DNA from: Vampirovibrionales bacterium
GTDB lineage: Bacteria; Cyanobacteriota; Vampirovibrionia; Vampirovibrionales; JAJTHC01
NCBI GenBank assembly: GCA_044347425.1
Contig: JBIKUS010000001.1
Coordinates: 1 to 54,566, forward strand
Direction of reading: 5' to 3'
DNA length: 54,566 nt
Of the stretch, positions 52,468 through 54,566 are shown in pieces. Each line of letters begins with the position of its first letter. Positions within the stretch are counted from its first letter, which is position 1. A program made the position numbers and the translations under genes. The notes under the pieces are model-generated. The model did no database searches. It worked only from the letters and a program-made list of their open reading frames with translations, and was not told where the DNA came from.

Positions 52468-52613
52468 TAGGGCGTGTCACCAGTTAGGCGAAATACGATG
52501 AATTCAAGGAAAAAAGAACGGCTTTTGAGGCGTGTAGACAGAACTACATAACGAAAAAACGGCTCTTTTTGACACAGAAGACACGGATTGCAGCCAACTG
52601 ATGACACGCCCTA
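52468..52613. mobile_element. 146-bp element bounded by 18-bp imperfect inverted repeats (MITE-like, inverton-like or structured RNA)
   Basis: TAGGGCGTGTCACCAGTT (52468-85) matches the reverse complement of 52596-52613 at 17 of 18 positions. GTT flanks both ends. Confidence 0.5.
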
Positions 52614-52738
52614 GTTTGATATCGGTAAAAGTTAGCCTAACCTTAAGAGGTAAAGACAGTATCGTAACAATTATGGCCAACAATCAAGCCCTTGCTTTAT
52701 AGCCGTGCTTTGCTTTTAATACATAGGTAACCTATCCT

Positions 52739-52824
52739 GCCGGAGTGGTGAAATGGTAGACACGCATGTTTCAGGTACATGTGGGCGCAAGCTCGTGGGG
52801 GTTCAAGTCCCTTCTTCGGCACCA
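52739..52824 (+). tRNA. tRNA-Leu (anticodon CAG), CCA encoded
   Basis: Hand-folded: acceptor GCCGGAG/CTTCGGC, anticodon stem CATGT/ACATG with loop TTCAGGT, long variable arm, T-loop TTCAAGT. A TTGCTT-N17-TTTAAT promoter-like pair lies at 52692-52720. Confidence 0.9.
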
Positions 52825-52930
52825 TAAGGCTTAAAAACAACATTGCCACCCTAATCGCACGTAAAGGCCTTAGTAAGGGCAACTTTAGTTGAGACAGTGT
52901 GGCGTGGTAGTATGTTGTAGAGCTTTGGGT

Positions 52931-53164
52931 CTAGCTAGCAAGCCCATTAAGTAACAATACGGCACGTGCGCCCAACAGGCTTTCGTCGCTTAAAGTGTCG
53001 GCGTGTTGCAACATGGCTTTGGCGGCCTCTACAAAGTGAGGGGTTTGGTATTTTTGCAAGCTAGCATCTTGTTCAAATAACTGATCCATAGGGGGAATCT
53101 CCATCCATTGTAAACATAAGGCAACACGAGGGGTGTACAGGCATAAAGGCTTTGTGGGGCGCAC
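52931..53164 (-). CDS. small hypothetical protein (start uncertain)
   Basis: Only an ORF. Internal Met codons (MEIPPMDQLF...) are equally plausible starts. Confidence 0.3.
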   Translation of the reverse strand: MRPTKPLCLYTPRVALCLQWMEIPPMDQLFEQDASLQKYQTPHFVEAAKAMLQHADTLSDESLLGARAVLLLNGLAS

Positions 53165-53219
53165 TTTGTGCTATGCTAATGCTGGTTGTTACCTTTTGTT
53201 ATAAAACAAGTGTCGCCTC

Positions 53220-54023
53220 ATGCCCACTCACCCCACGCTTAGCCTACTGCACCTTTACGCCACCGAAATGAACCTTTACGGCGACCGTGGCAACGTGTTA
53301 GCCCTACTACGCCACTGCCAATGGCGAGGCATCACCCTGCATCTACACACCGCAGGTAGGCACGCCACCCCCGCCGACATGGCCAACCATCACCTGTATA
53401 TGTGGGGCGGTGGGCAAGATGCTCAACAACTGGCCATTATGGCCGACCTTCACACCCATAAAGCCGACCCTATCAAACAAGCCCACGCCCAAGGAGCTAC
53501 GTTTTTAGGCATTTGCGGGGGCTATCAATTGCTAGGCCACGGCTACACCCCTCACGAAGGGCAACGCCTGCAAGGGCTTGGTATGTTAGATGTGGATACC
53601 GTAGCTGGCCACAACAGGCATATTGGCAACGTGGTTGCCACCCCCACAGCAGAGGCTTTAGCCGCCCTCAGTCAAGCAGATTTGCCTCAACCCGCCCCCT
53701 TGGTAGGGTTTGAGAACCACAGCGGCGTTACCACCCTAGGGGCGTTGGCCACACCCTTGGCACGCACCCAGCACGGGGCGGGTAACAATGGGCAAGACGG
53801 TTTTGAGGGTGCTTGCCAAGGCAGAGTGCTAGGCACGTACCTTCATGGCCCCCTCCTCCCCAAAAACCCGTGGCTGACGGATGCTTTACTGGGTATGGCG
53901 TGGGCTTACGCCACAGGCAGCAGCGTTGAGGATGAGGCCAATCCCTTTAGGCAACCCTTACCACAGGCAGAGCCTTGGGCTAAGTTGGCACACCAGCAGG
54001 CTAGCCTCATTGCAGGAGCTTAA
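53220..54023 (+). CDS. gatD: CobQ-type glutamine amidotransferase, GatD-like (lipid II isoglutaminyl synthase subunit)
   Basis: LHLYATEMNLYGDRGNVLALLRHCQWRGI and ICGGYQLLG (nucleophile Cys) fit the GatD pattern. Confidence 0.75.
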   Translation: MPTHPTLSLLHLYATEMNLYGDRGNVLALLRHCQWRGITLHLHTAGRHATPADMANHHLYMWGGGQDAQQLAIMADLHTHKADPIKQAHAQGATFLGICGGYQLLGHGYTPHEGQRLQGLGMLDVDTVAGHNRHIGNVVATPTAEALAALSQADLPQPAPLVGFENHSGVTTLGALATPLARTQHGAGNNGQDGFEGACQGRVLGTYLHGPLLPKNPWLTDALLGMAWAYATGSSVEDEANPFRQPLPQAEPWAKLAHQQASLIAGA

Positions 54024-54566
54024 AGAGGCTTTACTTGGCACGTTGCTTTCAGCGTTGCACCGCCGTGGCTTAACACTTGCGTTGCCCACGCTTGCGCTAG
54101 GGGTAACGCTTCGGCGGTGCAGGGTAGGGTGCGGGTAGCCTCAAGCCGAAACTGGCCGTTGGGGCTAAGTAAGGTAAGCGACACCGCCATGTGAGCAGGC
54201 ATGCTAACGTGTGGCCTAGCCCATACCCCTAAAGGCAGCTGACAACCCCCTTCAAGCACACGCATCACCTCACGCTCTACCAAAGGCAACCACGTGTAAG
54301 CAGACGGCACGGCCAAGGCCTGCAACACGTCCGCCAGCAGAGCTTCGTCGGTTTGGCGATACTGCAAGGCCAACCAGCCCTGCCCCACGGCAGGCACAAA
54401 CACCTCGGCAGGCAGCACTTGCGTCACCCGTTGCGCCCATTCGGGGTGGTTTAAGGCGAGACGCTCCACCCCAGCAGCAGCTAAAATAAGGCCATCAGCT
54501 TCGCCTGCTAGCACCTTAGCCCATCGGGTTTGCAAGTTACCCCGCACAGGCACTAAGCTCACTTGG
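54020..54566 (-). CDS. hemC: porphobilinogen deaminase (hydroxymethylbilane synthase), 3' portion; the gene continues past the window end
   Basis: VRGNLQTRWAKVLAGEADGLILAAAGVERLAL, AVGQGWLALQ and the LEGGCQLPLG cofactor-Cys motif. Confidence 0.9.
   Translation of the reverse strand, partial: QVSLVPVRGNLQTRWAKVLAGEADGLILAAAGVERLALNHPEWAQRVTQVLPAEVFVPAVGQGWLALQYRQTDEALLADVLQALAVPSAYTWLPLVEREVMRVLEGGCQLPLGVWARPHVSMPAHMAVSLTLLSPNGQFRLEATRTLPCTAEALPLAQAWATQVLSHGGATLKATCQVKPL

Noticed and set aside
52298-52480. Track ORF encoding MTRPKPYAKRLYKNFTGAYYPMIKPQASSLKPQASSLKPQASSLKPQASSKSIAQKGALP, which looks like a repeat-containing small protein
   Set aside because: It is the out-of-frame read-through of the pilin leader across the heptanucleotide tract. 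Its GTG start lies inside the upstream inverted repeat. The meaningful start is the ATG at 52417.
52697-52882. 61-aa minus-strand ORF
   Set aside because: It overlaps the tRNA-Leu(CAG) gene completely and is an artefact.

Overview
This is a chromosomal window of about mid-50s % GC by eye, with visibly AT-rich patches at 1-325, 26406-27578 and 30957-31887. It comes from a flagellated, LPS-making bacterium.

Gene content in order:
- A family-1 encapsulin operon: an EncFtn-like cargo with an LTVGSL targeting tail, plus the shell gene.
- An atypical S8-like peptidase and a sodium:solute symporter.
- A late flagellar block (rod-binding FlgJ-like gene, a FlgM-position ORF, flgN-like, flgK, flgL) with a tRNA-Leu(GAG) embedded in it.
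- lpxK, and an FmdB/SPOR/GNAT-like/TPR gene string.
- clpC with a cyanobacterial/plastid-type N-domain, pyrC, a CPA1 antiporter and smc.
- A Maf(DUF115)-ugd pair bracketed by AT-rich islets, one carrying a HicB-like two-gene module and the other a DUF3800 gene.
- tRNA-Met, an MqnA/MqnD-family gene, hicAB, a rhodanese, an alpha/beta hydrolase, dps and doxX.
- An orphan motB followed by two tandemly duplicated small genes.
- purH, and an oxidoreductase-lepB-murJ operon.
- A TrbI/VirB10-like secreted protein and a 585-aa low-complexity protein.
- ilvB, a type IV pilin-like gene, tRNA-Leu(CAG), gatD and the 3' part of hemC.

I saw no rRNA, CRISPR array, transposase or integrase.

Most interesting observations:
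1. An 11-copy heptanucleotide tract sits inside the leader of the pilin-like gene. It puts the ATG out of frame with the G/FTLAELL prepilin motif, like an Opa-style slipped-strand phase switch that is currently OFF. A 146-bp element bounded by inverted repeats lies just upstream.
2. ilvB is preceded by a complete promoter, Val/Leu-rich leader peptide, antiterminator and terminator, i.e. an attenuator.
3. The 585-aa protein combines an FG/GLFG-like region, poly-Asn, a 36-bp tandem-repeat acidic array and a poly-Ala segment.
4. A 16-nt homopolymer lies in a Clp_N-like extension of signal peptidase I.
5. Two duplicated small genes downstream of motB share a conserved hairpin-containing 5' region.
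6. A GC-rich REP-like hairpin family occurs at five loci.

Lineage inference only: a non-photosynthetic cyanobacterial relative (Vampirovibrionia/Melainabacteria-like). All functional calls come from by-eye motif recognition. No database search was run.
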